Virus record (IMG/VR): IMGVR_UViG_3300035659_000003
Span: 45,911 to 109,910 of that record
Direction: 5' to 3' (one strand)
DNA from: a virus
DNA: 64,000 nt
The notes beneath the pieces are model-generated. The model had not been told where the DNA came from, searched no databases, and saw only the letters and a list, made by a program, of their open reading frames with translations. Shown piece after piece: positions 37,401 through 46,973 of this stretch. The translations under genes and the position numbers were made by a program. Numbering within the stretch: the first letter of the stretch is position 1; every line of letters begins with the position of its first letter.

Positions 37401-37618
37401 GGTGCCGTATCCTCCTTCTTTAGCGCCTTCCGCAACCTCAACTCCATAACGGCCAGGCGCTCTAGCATCATTGCCCCCTGCGCGGGGGTCAGATGTTGCA
37501 GGTCAACATAATCATAAGGCATTTTTCCGGACATTTTAGCGATTGTGCGCTGCAATCCGGAAATCTCTAGGGCCTCCTGCGCCCCAATGAACTCGTAGTC
37601 GTCGTAGTTGTTAAGCAT
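37304..37618 (-). CDS. Hypothetical protein
   Basis: 104 aa; fills the gap between the HEG and the phosphoesterase. Confidence 0.45.
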   Translation of the reverse strand: MLNNYDDYEFIGAQEALEISGLQRTIAKMSGKMPYDYVDLQHLTPAQGAMMLERLAVMELRLRKALKKEDTAPCHNASRRSRKGSPTKTTSERKRGSSAALSSS

Positions 37619-38042
37619 CGCGACGGCCCCTGCGCGTGTGAGCTTTCAGCGCTTGTCGAAGAGCCTCTCGGCGCGCTTCCTCATCAGGGGGAATCCGCCG
37701 ACCGCCCTTCAACACAGGCATCTCGTCATAAAACCGCAGGATGATATCAGCCTGCTCCCCCTTCACGATCAGTAACGGGCGAATCCGCCGAAGAATCGTA
37801 TGGAGTTTGTGCGAGCCGATGGCCCAGCGCCACTGATCACGACCATTGACGTTATACCGCACAGCGTCGAAGAACGTCATTGTGCCACCAAAGGTCGCCG
37901 CCAGCCAGTCGATCAGTCTTTTGTCTACTTGCTGAAGCTCCAGCCTTGGGCAGTGCGGCGAGCTATTCCGTCCCATAATTTTCAGATAGCCCTCGCCGTC
38001 GATAAATGCGGCCAGCCGCGCCCAGTCGATCTCGCTAGGCAC
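37611..38042 (-). mobile_element. Free-standing LAGLIDADG homing endonuclease
   Basis: WARLAAFIDGEGYL...TFGG...IRPLLIVKGEQA. Confidence 0.8.
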
Positions 38043-38760
38043 GTGTCACCGTCGCAAGATGGCGGGCGATTTCTTTACGAAGCCCTGCGAGCTTGGCCTC
38101 CCAAAGCTCTACTAGCGCAGCGGCCTCCTCGCCGTGCAGCCCCACCCGATCCGCAAGTTCTCGCACTTCGCGCCCGCGCCCCTGCGCCGCGCGCGCAACC
38201 TCAGCCATCTGGAGCAGCATCCTGGGCCATAGATCAGGGTCTCTGTATATCCCAGCAAACTTAGCGGGGCGCAGGCAGCGGAGCATCGGAATCGCGGGCA
38301 TCTTACCCGTAAAGCCGTTATCGATTGCCCTGATATGCCCGTCAGCCACGACAAACCAGTTTCCTTCGTGACGATCCGTGTTGCCTGCGAGGAAGTCCAG
38401 GATGACCATGTTCGCCATGTCGTGCAAGAAGGCATCCCCGCCGTGCGCCCAGCCGTGGATGCCGTCAACATTGGCAGCCTGAACACCGTTCTCCACACGC
38501 CGCATCATAGAACCGACGCCTTTGCCGAGATCGACTAGCCGCACTTCAGGCACAATCCCGCCAAACATCATCTGAGCAAGCTCATACGCAAACAGCTCAT
38601 CCCGCTCTTCACGCACGCCTACCTTGTGGAACCAGACCGATCCATCCAGCATATGCACCAAGAAGGTATTTTCACTGTGGATGCCGCCGCGAATTCCGGC
38701 CTCATCAAGGGGAGCAATGCTCTTTACGTCCCGTGTGGTGTAGCGAACAGGTCTGCTCAT
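38035..38760 (-). CDS. PI3/PI4-kinase / HipA-like kinase
   Basis: WFHK, ELFAYEL, GSMM, LDFLAGNTDRHEGNW and AIDNG. Confidence 0.75.
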   Translation of the reverse strand: MSRPVRYTTRDVKSIAPLDEAGIRGGIHSENTFLVHMLDGSVWFHKVGVREERDELFAYELAQMMFGGIVPEVRLVDLGKGVGSMMRRVENGVQAANVDGIHGWAHGGDAFLHDMANMVILDFLAGNTDRHEGNWFVVADGHIRAIDNGFTGKMPAIPMLRCLRPAKFAGIYRDPDLWPRMLLQMAEVARAAQGRGREVRELADRVGLHGEEAAALVELWEAKLAGLRKEIARHLATVTRA

Positions 38761-38814
38761 TAGCAGTTATCCCATACTAGGCGGCCTGCGTAAAGGACAC
38801 CAAGACGCACGAGC

Positions 38815-39516
38815 TTAGACATGCTTTGTCAACCCACAAGACCCACGGCCCCATCGATCACGGCGCAACCAATAACCGAAGCCACCGATCAAAGGTAGAA
38901 TCCCTATTGATGATGCGATTCCGTCTGCTGAACCCGGAATTGAAACCTGCCTGACTCCTGTCGCACCAGCGGCGGCTCGCAACTCATCAGAAGCGACTGC
39001 TTGAATCGCGCCCGATCCGGCGGCCACCACGTCCTCGCGCTCAGTCATCCCTACTGGGGGATGCACTGTCCACCCGCCGTCAGTTCTAACAGCGTGCCAC
39101 GTCACAAGGTATTGACCCGCCACTGTCATAGTAAGAGAGGGCGCGTTGTGAAGCGCAAGACCGTCGATCTGATTTGATCCAAACAGGTTAATGGGGTTCG
39201 CCGGATCGATGCCCCTGTAGCATAGAATGGCACCAACCTTCTTAATATTTCCGGAACCAGTCCATGTAAAAGATGCACCCTCCGTTCCGTCCGCGATTCT
39301 GAAATGACACCAGGTGGCAGCTGAGACAGTCGCCCCGCCAATAACCTCAAACTTCTCTGTCCAACCCGCAGGGATACTCAAATCCTGAGTATTCGTGGCT
39401 CCCGAGATGAAGGCGACCAGCAGATCGCCCACAGCAACGCCTGCGGGTTTGTTAATGACAATGTTTGGAACAGAAGCAGAGATGCCAGAAGTGGAGTCGA
39501 TAAACGAAAGGGTCAT
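38815..39516 (-). CDS. Beta-rich virion/adhesion protein
   Basis: KPAGVAVGDLLVAF...PAGWT...YRGID..P motif seen in phage tail and surface proteins. Confidence 0.55.
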   Translation of the reverse strand: MTLSFIDSTSGISASVPNIVINKPAGVAVGDLLVAFISGATNTQDLSIPAGWTEKFEVIGGATVSAATWCHFRIADGTEGASFTWTGSGNIKKVGAILCYRGIDPANPINLFGSNQIDGLALHNAPSLTMTVAGQYLVTWHAVRTDGGWTVHPPVGMTEREDVVAAGSGAIQAVASDELRAAAGATGVRQVSIPGSADGIASSIGILPLIGGFGYWLRRDRWGRGSCGLTKHV

Positions 39517-39518
39517 GT

Positions 39519-39848
39519 CTACGTAAGCTCCAGCCCGCTTATTGTAACGGTCAAACCGACGGCGTCCGCCTTGACCGAGATGAAGTCGCCCACGGTGTCT
39601 AGCGTCTGCGGCCCCTGCCAGGTACACGTCGAGTACGCTGCGACGGTCATCATATACATCAAGGCGTTATCAGTGCCTGCGGCCCCGCCGCTTGGCACAA
39701 GGTGAACATAAACGAGCTTAGCCGCAGCCGTTGTGTTGCAGATATCTATCGTCTGAACAACGGTAACCGTGGCTGCGGGCACGGTGTAGATCGTAACATA
39801 GACAGCCGTGATCGCTGCCTGAGCCAGTTGCTTTGGTGCTAGAGCCAT
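39519..39848 (-). CDS. Small virion structural (head decoration/fibre-associated) protein
   Basis: IYTVP...IDICNT...HLVPSGG; paralogous to 40722-41060. Confidence 0.6.
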   Translation of the reverse strand: MALAPKQLAQAAITAVYVTIYTVPAATVTVVQTIDICNTTAAAKLVYVHLVPSGGAAGTDNALMYMMTVAAYSTCTWQGPQTLDTVGDFISVKADAVGLTVTISGLELT

Positions 39849-39849
39849 C

Positions 39850-40701
39850 CTACATCACTCCTGCGGCCATCCAAGCGAGTAGCGCTGCGTCGGGATCGCC
39901 GCCCGCACCACCGCCGCCTGTCCCTGGCGGGCCAGGCATCCCCATCTCACCGTCTTCGCCGTCCCATCCTGGTGGCCCCACCAAGCCTACTCCATCAACC
40001 CCGATCACGCCGTCCGCGCCCGCAGGCCCTGGAATCGGCGGGCCAGGCTCACCCTCTTCGCCGTCCCATCCTGGTGGCCCCATTGAGCCAGGTGCTCCGT
40101 CCGCGCCAGCGGCTCCCGCTGCACCGGCGGCTCCGGCAGGCCCTGGAATTGGGGGGCCAGGCTCGCCCTCATCGCCGTCCCATCCTGGTGGCCCCATTGA
40201 GCCAGGTGCTCCGTCCGCGCCAGCGGCTCCCGCTGCACCGGCGGCTCCGGCAGGCCCTGGAATTGGGGGGCCAGGCTCGCCCTCATCGCCCTCCACACCT
40301 GGCGGCCCCATCTGGCCAGGTGGCCCTGGGGCTCCCCCACCCGCCAATGTGTCCTCGTAGAACGCACAGCGGTTATCGGTGACGCTGATGACCTCGCTAA
40401 TACCAGTCACGACCGTCGCCATCGGGATGGAGTTGAAGGGAAAGCCCGCCAAGCCTGTCGCCACTGCGCCAGTAAAGTCGACGTAGATGTAGTTAGTATT
40501 GCTAACGGCAAGTCCGATGACACCGGCGGGGATATTGTAAACATTCTGATCGATGCGCGCCCGTCCCCCCGCGTAGTTGGCGAACAGGCCGTCTCCCGCC
40601 GTGACAAGGAGAGCCTGCGCCATCTGATCAAGCTCCAGCAACGGGACGTTATTCGCCCGCGCCAGGGCCTGGAGCACGTCAAAGGGGAGAACGTAATACA
40701 T
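39850..40701 (-). CDS. Collagen-like fibre protein
   Basis: Long G-X-Y tract. Confidence 0.85.
   Translation of the reverse strand: MYYVLPFDVLQALARANNVPLLELDQMAQALLVTAGDGLFANYAGGRARIDQNVYNIPAGVIGLAVSNTNYIYVDFTGAVATGLAGFPFNSIPMATVVTGISEVISVTDNRCAFYEDTLAGGGAPGPPGQMGPPGVEGDEGEPGPPIPGPAGAAGAAGAAGADGAPGSMGPPGWDGDEGEPGPPIPGPAGAAGAAGAAGADGAPGSMGPPGWDGEEGEPGPPIPGPAGADGVIGVDGVGLVGPPGWDGEDGEMGMPGPPGTGGGGAGGDPDAALLAWMAAGVM
40058..40289. repeat. Tandem repeat, 114-bp (38-aa) period, in the collagen gene
   Basis: MGPPGWDGDEGEPGPPIPGPAGAAGAAGAAGADGAPGS occurs as about 2 near-identical DNA copies, plus a partial third. Confidence 0.9.
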
Positions 40702-40721
40702 GCGCGCCTGAAGGCTAACGG

Positions 40722-41060
40722 CTAGACTACGATAGACTCGCCCATGATGGTGATTGTCAGCGAAGCCGCCGCGCTAGCTCCACCGACCAGGAAGGTGGTG
40801 CTTATGAGCTTCAGCATCCCATACCAGTCAAACTCGCTGTAGGCTGCGATGCTCTTGTTATACCACAGCTCCGTGCCCGCCGCGTTTGTGCCTGTCGCTC
40901 CGAGGTACATCCTAAAGGTAACGGGTGCGGCTGTCTTGTTAACGATGTGGAGCTGCCTGACCACGTCGTAGACCAGCGCCGACGCGGGAACGTAGATGTC
41001 GGTCGTGTATACGTCCGACAAGGCCGCTGGCCCGTACAGCTTCTTGATTACTCCTGCCAT
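40722..41060 (-). CDS. Small virion structural protein (paralog of 39519-39848)
   Basis: IYVP...LHIVNKT..VTFRMYL...LTITIMG. Confidence 0.6.
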   Translation of the reverse strand: MAGVIKKLYGPAALSDVYTTDIYVPASALVYDVVRQLHIVNKTAAPVTFRMYLGATGTNAAGTELWYNKSIAAYSEFDWYGMLKLISTTFLVGGASAAASLTITIMGESIVV

Positions 41061-41081
41061 GTCACTCTCCTCCGCGAGATA

Positions 41082-42872
41082 CTAGAACAGCCCGCCGCCC
41101 TGTCCGCCGCCGCCCTGTCCGCCGCCCATCCCAGGCATGCCGCCGCCCATCTTCTCCTGCTGCTTCTGCTGCTCCGCCATCGAGAGCACCTTGCCGCTGT
41201 ACGTAAACTTCTCCGTGTCGGGATCGTACTCGACGCCGAAGCCCATCATGGCCATCGTCTGGGCGAACATGCCCTTCTGCTGCAGGAGGTTCAGGCGCAT
41301 GAGTTCGCTCTGCTCTTCCGGTATTGCTAGCTGCAGCTTCCAGTCGGTGATGCCGAAGGCATCCATGAGCGAGGGAAAGACCTCGGTGTGGTAGCTGCGC
41401 TGTGCGCCCTCGACCACGCGGCTCATGACGACGAGCTGCTGGCTTTCGCTGTTGAGCCCCCCCACGCCCGCCACGCTGCTCATCCAGATCTGGCTGACGC
41501 CATAGAGTCCGGCAACCCGCTCGCGAATCTCGTCGCGGACAGGCAGGTAGTTCAGCTCGTCCAGGCTGTAGGCGAAACGGACGAACTCGGTCTTGCCCTG
41601 GCCGGTCTTGCTGTTGACCGCGATCCAGGGGATGTAGTGCGGGTCTTGCTGCATCTTGGCGGCCATCTCCGCCTTGCGGCTCTCCAGGCCCTGCACGTCG
41701 TCCGTCACCGTGGCAATGATACCCTGCGGCACGCGCCGCTCGTAGAAGTAGTCGTAGAGGTAGCGATCCATCCCGATAAGCGTCAGCGCCTTTTCGTAGA
41801 CACTGAGGATCGGCGGGTAGCCATATAGCTCGGTGGGCGTGTACCGGCTCCAGTGAGTCACCTCGTCGGATGTCAGGTAGAGCACCTTGCTCTGCGCGCT
41901 GCCATATCCGCCCTGCAGGTACTGCTCGTTGTACTTGTACCATACGGGGAACGTCTGCAGCCCGCACTCGGGGCACTTCCCCTTCCACTCGTACTCCCAG
42001 CCCTCGCCCGCCGGAACCTCCAACAGGTTGTCGCGGTGGAGCAGGCAAATGTGGTGCCGCTGGCCAGGGATGCCTCGCTGGTCGAGGTCAAACTCCACCA
42101 GCACGGGGTCTAGACGAAAGATCTGGCGTGGCTCGCTGCGAAGCTTGTAGGAGCCGTCCTCCTGGGGGATGCCGTAATAGTCCTTGCTGATGAGGATGAA
42201 GGCGTCGTCAACAACGTTCAGGTCGTCCTCGCACTCCCTCAGCACAACTTCCAGGCTCTGCCCGAAGTGGTTACAGCGCCGAAGGAACTTGTCAAACCGA
42301 TCCCGCTGAGTCTCGTCAGGAGCATCCAGCTCGGGATGCTGGAGATGCTTCTTACCCTCCTCGTCTACCTTGACGACCGCCTCCCCGTCGTCGTCGCGGA
42401 GCGGCTCGGAGCATTTGTAGTCTATCTTCTTGGCCTCTGCCTCTGAGAATTCGCGCCTGCAAACAGGACACTTCCACTCAAAGGCGGGCTCCCATTCCAG
42501 CCCGCGCCGGAAGATCTCGTTTCGAAGGTGCGTGACCGCCGTGCGCACGTCCGCGTTGTTGTTGGCAATCACATAGAGATCAAGCAAGTAGCGCCGGTCA
42601 GCGATGTACTGGCGCTTGCCCTTAAAACCATAATCATTAATTCCTATAAGTCCCGTAGACGATTCTTGTACACTCGCAGCTTTGAGCATAAGCTGTGCTA
42701 CAAAGCGCTCCGACGCCGTCCCCCCGCCGCTAGTGTTCATCGAATTCGCGATCGTGGCGAACGTGTCGTGAGCCGGATGCCCCGCAGGGAACGGGTTTGC
42801 TCCGGCCTGCGCCGTCAGAACAAGAGGCTCCGCCTTGCGGATAATCTCACTCAGATTGCCTCTGATGCCCAT
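41082..42872 (-). CDS. Portal protein with two Cys-rich insertions
   Basis: 596 aa. LRNEIFRRG, EDDLNVVDDA, LYGYPPI, P.GII, and RERVAGLYGVS..M portal motifs. Confidence 0.85.
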   Translation of the reverse strand: MGIRGNLSEIIRKAEPLVLTAQAGANPFPAGHPAHDTFATIANSMNTSGGGTASERFVAQLMLKAASVQESSTGLIGINDYGFKGKRQYIADRRYLLDLYVIANNNADVRTAVTHLRNEIFRRGLEWEPAFEWKCPVCRREFSEAEAKKIDYKCSEPLRDDDGEAVVKVDEEGKKHLQHPELDAPDETQRDRFDKFLRRCNHFGQSLEVVLRECEDDLNVVDDAFILISKDYYGIPQEDGSYKLRSEPRQIFRLDPVLVEFDLDQRGIPGQRHHICLLHRDNLLEVPAGEGWEYEWKGKCPECGLQTFPVWYKYNEQYLQGGYGSAQSKVLYLTSDEVTHWSRYTPTELYGYPPILSVYEKALTLIGMDRYLYDYFYERRVPQGIIATVTDDVQGLESRKAEMAAKMQQDPHYIPWIAVNSKTGQGKTEFVRFAYSLDELNYLPVRDEIRERVAGLYGVSQIWMSSVAGVGGLNSESQQLVVMSRVVEGAQRSYHTEVFPSLMDAFGITDWKLQLAIPEEQSELMRLNLLQQKGMFAQTMAMMGFGVEYDPDTEKFTYSGKVLSMAEQQKQQEKMGGGMPGMGGGQGGGGQGGGLF

Positions 42873-43266
42873 GTCGCTTCCTCAACTCTTGATAGCCCGC
42901 CGCCTGCGCGATCTTAGCGAAAGGAGGCAGGTGCCGTCCGCGCGTGCCTATAGGGAATATGGCGAAGATCTCCGCCTCGTGCTGTTTCTCGCCCCGCAGG
43001 TAGGGCAGCAACTGGCAGGCGACGTCCTGCGCTGGTTTGCCACAAATTTTCCACACCCACGCATCCCGCCAATGGGCCTTACCGTTATACCTCTTGAGCG
43101 AAGTGACGCTCCCGCCGAACGGCAGAAACGCGTCGACTAGCGTGCGGTCGGTGTTGCCTATCTGCATACTGAGCGAGAACTGCCGCCTCGTAGAGTTGAT
43201 TCCACAGTAGAAGCACCCCTCGCCCTCAAATAGGCCCGCCAACCACGCCAAGTCAGTCGCAGTCAC
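42847..43266 (-). mobile_element. Free-standing LAGLIDADG homing endonuclease
   Basis: GTG start. DLAWLAGLFEGEGCF...NTD...LLPYLRGEK. Confidence 0.8.
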
Positions 43267-43583
43267 TAATCCTCCAGGCGCGCCCTGATGAACGTCTCGT
43301 CTATGAGCAAACACGGGGCCTCTTTGCCCTCCGAGTCCACGAACGTCCAGCGCCCGCCCATCCACTCCTCGAACAGCACCGTGTCACCCACGTAGATCTC
43401 CTCGTCGACGCGCTCCCCTACCGCCAGAACCTTGCCGATGGTGGTGTTCTTAGGCTGAAGCAGAAGAATCCCCTCCGGTGCAGGCCGATCCCACACCTCC
43501 GCGAGAACTACCCAGTGCCCCCGCAGGGTCATCTCCTCAAAGCTAACGCCCGAAGACGTGTATCCGCTGAGCTTGCTACTCAT
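43266..43583 (-). CDS. groES: GroES/Cpn10-like co-chaperonin
   Basis: GILL...GKVLAVG...VGDTVLF...G...LLIDETFI. Confidence 0.8.
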   Translation of the reverse strand: MSSKLSGYTSSGVSFEEMTLRGHWVVLAEVWDRPAPEGILLLQPKNTTIGKVLAVGERVDEEIYVGDTVLFEEWMGGRWTFVDSEGKEAPCLLIDETFIRARLED

Positions 43584-44337
43584 CCGATTGCCTCCTTCTG
43601 AGTGCATCCTGCCACTGACGCGCCACCTCGTCCAGGTCTTCTCCCGTTTCCGGTTTCGGCTGTGGCTGCTGTGCCTCGCGCAGCGTGGTGCGGTAATCCA
43701 AAAAGGCCTGAGCCTCCCGCTCAGCCCGTTGTGGCGAGTAGCCAAAAGTCCGAAGCCGGTCGATCAGTGCATCCTTATCCAGGTCAAACCAGGAGGAGTC
43801 AAGGCTCATGCGTGCGCCGCGACGTCCGCGCCCCTCCGTGATCAGCGCAGGACGCCCAGGAGTCTGGAGAAGACCGCCCTTTGCCATTTACTCCTCCGGC
43901 GGTGTCGGAGCCCGTTCCGGCAGCAAGCCGCGAGCCAGCAGCTCCAGTCGAACGTTAACACGCACAGGATTATCCGGTGGCTCCATGTCTGACGTAAGGC
44001 GCTCGCCGTTCAGTTCGAGATGCCCCGTGCCTAGCTTGGCGCTGATCTCAAACGGCAAGGTCTCCAGCGTCTCGTCTAGCGTGACTGGCAACTCGTAGCG
44101 GTTGCCCGCAGCGGTGACCCATTCTAGCAGTATCTCCATCTAGCGATCCGCCTCTCGGCGCAGGCCCTCTACGGCATCATCGAGCTGCCTCAGTCCACGC
44201 TCGCGCTCCTCCTCGGACTTGCCCTGCCGCTCCATCCAGCGGTTAAACTGCCCACGACGGGAGTCCAACCGCTCGGCCCGCTCTCGCGCCTCGTGCCGCC
44301 GCTCAGCATCCTCTGGTCTCGATCTTGGCATAGTCAC
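43576..44337 (-). other. Three short hypothetical CDSs (43576-43809/43887, 43888-44139, 44140-44337)
   Basis: Coupled ORFs downstream of a sigma70-like promoter. Confidence 0.5.
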
Positions 44338-44355
44338 AGTCTCCTACTACAGGGA

Positions 44356-44384
44356 ATTATACTGTAAGCGGGGCCGTTTGCGAA
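44356..44384 (-). promoter_or_regulatory. Sigma70-like promoter heading the GroES/portal operon
   Basis: TTCGCA-N17-TATAAT. Confidence 0.5.
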
Positions 44385-44395
44385 CCCGTAGGATA

Positions 44396-44472
44396 TGGTG
44401 AGGACGAGAGGCCTCGAACCTCTAACCGCCAGATTAAGAATCTGGTGCTCTGCCCACTTGAGCTACGTCCCC
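44396..44472 (-). tRNA. tRNA-Lys(CTT)
   Basis: GGGGACG acceptor, CCAGA-TT-CTT-AA-TCTGG anticodon arm, GTTCGAG T-loop, encoded CCA. Confidence 0.92.
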
Positions 44473-44475
44473 ATA

Positions 44476-44551
44476 TGGAGCTAGCGAAAGGAATCGAACC
44501 CTCAACCTTGCCGTTACGACGGGCCTGCTCTACCTGTTGAGCTACGCCAGC
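44476..44551 (-). tRNA. tRNA-Thr(CGT), imperfect anticodon stem
   Basis: GCTGGCG/CGCTAGC acceptor, GGCCC-GT-CGT-AA-CGGCA, GTTCGATT, CCA. Confidence 0.8.
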
Positions 44552-44554
44552 AAA

Positions 44555-44628
44555 TGGCTCCTCGGGAGTGACTCGAACACCCGTCTTTGCGTCCAGGGCG
44601 CAACGGCCTACCTCTAGCCGACCGAGGA
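44555..44628 (-). tRNA. tRNA-Gln(CTG), C at position 33
   Basis: TCCTCGG/CCGAGGA, G73, TTGCG-CC-CTG-GA-CGCAA, GTTCGAGT, CCA. Confidence 0.8.
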
Positions 44629-44629
44629 A

Positions 44630-44707
44630 TGGTGCGGTAGAAAGGATTCGAACCTCCAGCCACCTGTTCTACAGACAGGCCCAACTCACCGCCGTTGGAG
44701 CTACCGC
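44630..44707 (-). tRNA. tRNA-Tyr(GTA) with short variable loop
   Basis: GCGGTAG/CTACCGC, A73, CCTGT-CT-GTA-GA-ACAGG, GTTCGAAT, CCA. Confidence 0.8.
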
Positions 44708-44716
44708 ACAAACACA

Positions 44717-44745
44717 ACTTTAGTCACTCGTCCCCTGCTTGTCAA
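44717..44745 (-). promoter_or_regulatory. Sigma70-like promoter of the tRNA cluster
   Basis: TTGACA-N17-TAAAGT, about 10 nt upstream of tRNA-Tyr. Confidence 0.7.
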
Positions 44746-45043
44746 GTGCACGGGGCGAGGATTTCCCCGTCCATCGGATTTGACGCCGCCCCTTGCCCGC
44801 CGTAGGGCCGCTCGTGACGACGTGTTCGATATGGCCCCAGGAGATATGCTTCCATATCCGCTCGTGCACAAAGTACAGCGTGACGCTCAGGGGCATATAG
44901 GCCAGCGTCATCATAAACGACGTTGAGACGTCGCCCGTGAACGCAAGCCCAATGACCATAATCATCACCAGGCCGCGAAGCTCCCACGTCAGGCCCTTAG
45001 TAAGGCTCCGCAGGCGGCTACTCTCGAGGATTACCTTCGTCAT
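44720..45043 (-). CDS. DUF2061-like membrane protein
   Basis: RSLTKGLTW...LYFVHERIWKHISWG. Confidence 0.7.
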   Translation of the reverse strand: MTKVILESSRLRSLTKGLTWELRGLVMIMVIGLAFTGDVSTSFMMTLAYMPLSVTLYFVHERIWKHISWGHIEHVVTSGPTAGKGRRQIRWTGKSSPRALDKQGTSD

Positions 45044-45986
45044 TGCGGCTGTCCCCTAGCGGAATTATGGTGCCGCTAAAGTCTAGGTCTTTCGCGAGCA
45101 TTGCGCCCTGATCCGCAGCGCCTGCTGCCAGCACTGCGGCAGGATTGCGCCAGACGACTTCGGTGCGCGGAGCATTCGCCTTCCCCGCGCCCTTGCCCTG
45201 GAGATTGCTCACCCGCGTGCGCCCCGCCACCATGCAGGAGGTCTCGAACTCGGTGCGCGTCCACGCCCCAGGAGATTCCTCCAGAGTCCGGTACAGGTCG
45301 TTGTCGTATCCGCTCAGCATCACCATGCCTGGGAAGTTGTTGAGTGCGACAAGCAGGTCTTCGTGATCCTCCCGCGTCAACTCGTGCTCGTACCCGCCCG
45401 CCTTGCGCGTCTCCGGAAGGTACGGTGGGTCGCAGTAGATCAGGGTTGTCGGCAGATTGTAGATCTCAAGGCAGCGCCGCCAGTCCACGTTCTCGATCTG
45501 GACGTGCTGGAGACGGCGATGGACGGCTGGCAGCAGCCCCTGTGCGCTGACCCAGTTACCTGCGATCGAAGCCCCTGCGCCGCTGACGCTAAAGCCCCAA
45601 CTATTCCCGTAGAAGTTCCCGCCGAACGACTGCCGTGCCAGGATGAACCACTTCCGCGCACGCTCCACAGGGTCTTCCTCGGCCATCCACGCCCGCGCCT
45701 CGATGTGCTCCTGGCGGCTGTAGGGCGTCAGACTTACAACATCGCGGAACCGTGCAAAGGTCTCAGGATCGCGCAGCACCCTGAAGAAGTTCACTAGCCC
45801 CTGGTCGAGGTCATTGTAGACCTCCAGGGATGAGGGCTTCTTGGCAAAGAGCAGCGACGCGCCGCCGCCGAAGACCTCCACATACTCCAGATGCTTCAGC
45901 GGCATGAGTTTGAGCAGATTCGCTACCATCATACCCTTACCCCCTAGCCAAGTGATGGGTGAACGGGAAGACGAGCGCCACGGCAT
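45018..45986 (-). CDS. DNA adenine methyltransferase (Dam/D12 class)
   Basis: WLGGKG, YVEVFGGGAS, EVYND, YCDPPY and MLSGY. Confidence 0.9.
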   Translation of the reverse strand: MPWRSSSRSPITWLGGKGMMVANLLKLMPLKHLEYVEVFGGGASLLFAKKPSSLEVYNDLDQGLVNFFRVLRDPETFARFRDVVSLTPYSRQEHIEARAWMAEEDPVERARKWFILARQSFGGNFYGNSWGFSVSGAGASIAGNWVSAQGLLPAVHRRLQHVQIENVDWRRCLEIYNLPTTLIYCDPPYLPETRKAGGYEHELTREDHEDLLVALNNFPGMVMLSGYDNDLYRTLEESPGAWTRTEFETSCMVAGRTRVSNLQGKGAGKANAPRTEVVWRNPAAVLAAGAADQGAMLAKDLDFSGTIIPLGDSRNDEGNPRE

Positions 45987-46170
45987 AGGTCAATTATACT
46001 CCCTGGCCAGTTGGTTTTCCGCCGGTTTCGGAAAGGACTTATGAGGAGCCCCGATGCCCCCCAACGAACTGGATCGCGAACAGGATCAGCAGGCCCAGCG
46101 CCCAGTCCGGCCCGAGTGCGCCCGCCACCATCAAGGAGGCAATCACAAGTCCGGCGATCACCGTCACGGC

Positions 46171-46890
46171 CTATGCCTTCCTCGGCTTGCGGGTGGGCGG
46201 TGGCGGAGTGTCGAGCATATTCGGCGGCTCAGGGCTGTCAGGCTCGTCCCACTTGGGAATACTAGTGGTGTAGCCCTGTTCGGGCAGGTTCATGTCCGGC
46301 TCAGGGTCGGTGTCAGGCACGTCCACCGGCGCGTCCGGCGTCGTTTCCGGCTCCCAGCGCTCGGTGTAGCTGCCGTCGGGCTGGATGTAGAAGCTGCTGC
46401 CGTCCTCGAAGAAGTAGAGTGCGTAGCGGCCAGGGACGCTCCCCCCCTCGGCTGCGTGCCCATGTTGCCGCTCCAGCAGGGCGAGGGTGTTGATCTCCGG
46501 CGTGTTCGGGGGTGGCACCGGCGGTGCGTTCGGGTCAAACTCGCCGCCCACAGACGGTCGCAGGTCAGGCAGCTCGACGTGAGCGCTGTCCTCGCTGTCC
46601 GGCACCACGACTTCCGGTTCCGGCTTGCCGTAGAGCCGCGCAAGGGCGTCGTCCAGCATGTCGCTGGTCAGCTCTTCCCCGAGTGTGCCTGGTACGAGGT
46701 CGGAACCAGAGTCAGCGAACTTGTCCTTCTCTGACTCCGCCAGCCCGTTGGCGATCTTGACCAGGATAGGCCCGTGGTATTCCGGCGTCTCACATGCTGC
46801 CTTCAGGTCAACGGCCTCCGACAACTCCAGGTCGATGGAGACCGAATCTACGTATCGCGTTATCCTCATATGTCCTCCTTCACTCTTCAA
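46171..46890 (-). CDS. Acidic Pro-rich hypothetical protein
   Basis: Long ORF directly after tRNA-Met; likely start at MRITRY. Confidence 0.6.
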   Translation of the reverse strand: MKSEGGHMRITRYVDSVSIDLELSEAVDLKAACETPEYHGPILVKIANGLAESEKDKFADSGSDLVPGTLGEELTSDMLDDALARLYGKPEPEVVVPDSEDSAHVELPDLRPSVGGEFDPNAPPVPPPNTPEINTLALLERQHGHAAEGGSVPGRYALYFFEDGSSFYIQPDGSYTERWEPETTPDAPVDVPDTDPEPDMNLPEQGYTTSIPKWDEPDSPEPPNMLDTPPPPTRKPRKA

Positions 46891-46891
46891 A

Positions 46892-46968
46892 TGGAAGCGG
46901 GGGGCGGACTCGAACCGCCGATCTCTTGCTTATGAGGCAAGCGAGATGGGCCGCTTCTCTACCCCGCA
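46892..46968 (-). tRNA. tRNA with CAT anticodon (Met; initiator-like acceptor)
   Basis: TGCGGGG/CCCCGCT (1:72 mismatch), CTTGC-CT-CAT-AA-GCAAG, GTTCGAGT, CCA. Confidence 0.88.
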
Positions 46969-46973
46969 CTAGT

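Noticed and set aside
11919-43266. Group I introns or inteins around the LAGLIDADG genes
   Set aside because: Flanking genes appear complete, no split domains or intein C-terminal HN motifs were seen, and there is no spare non-coding sequence for a ribozyme.
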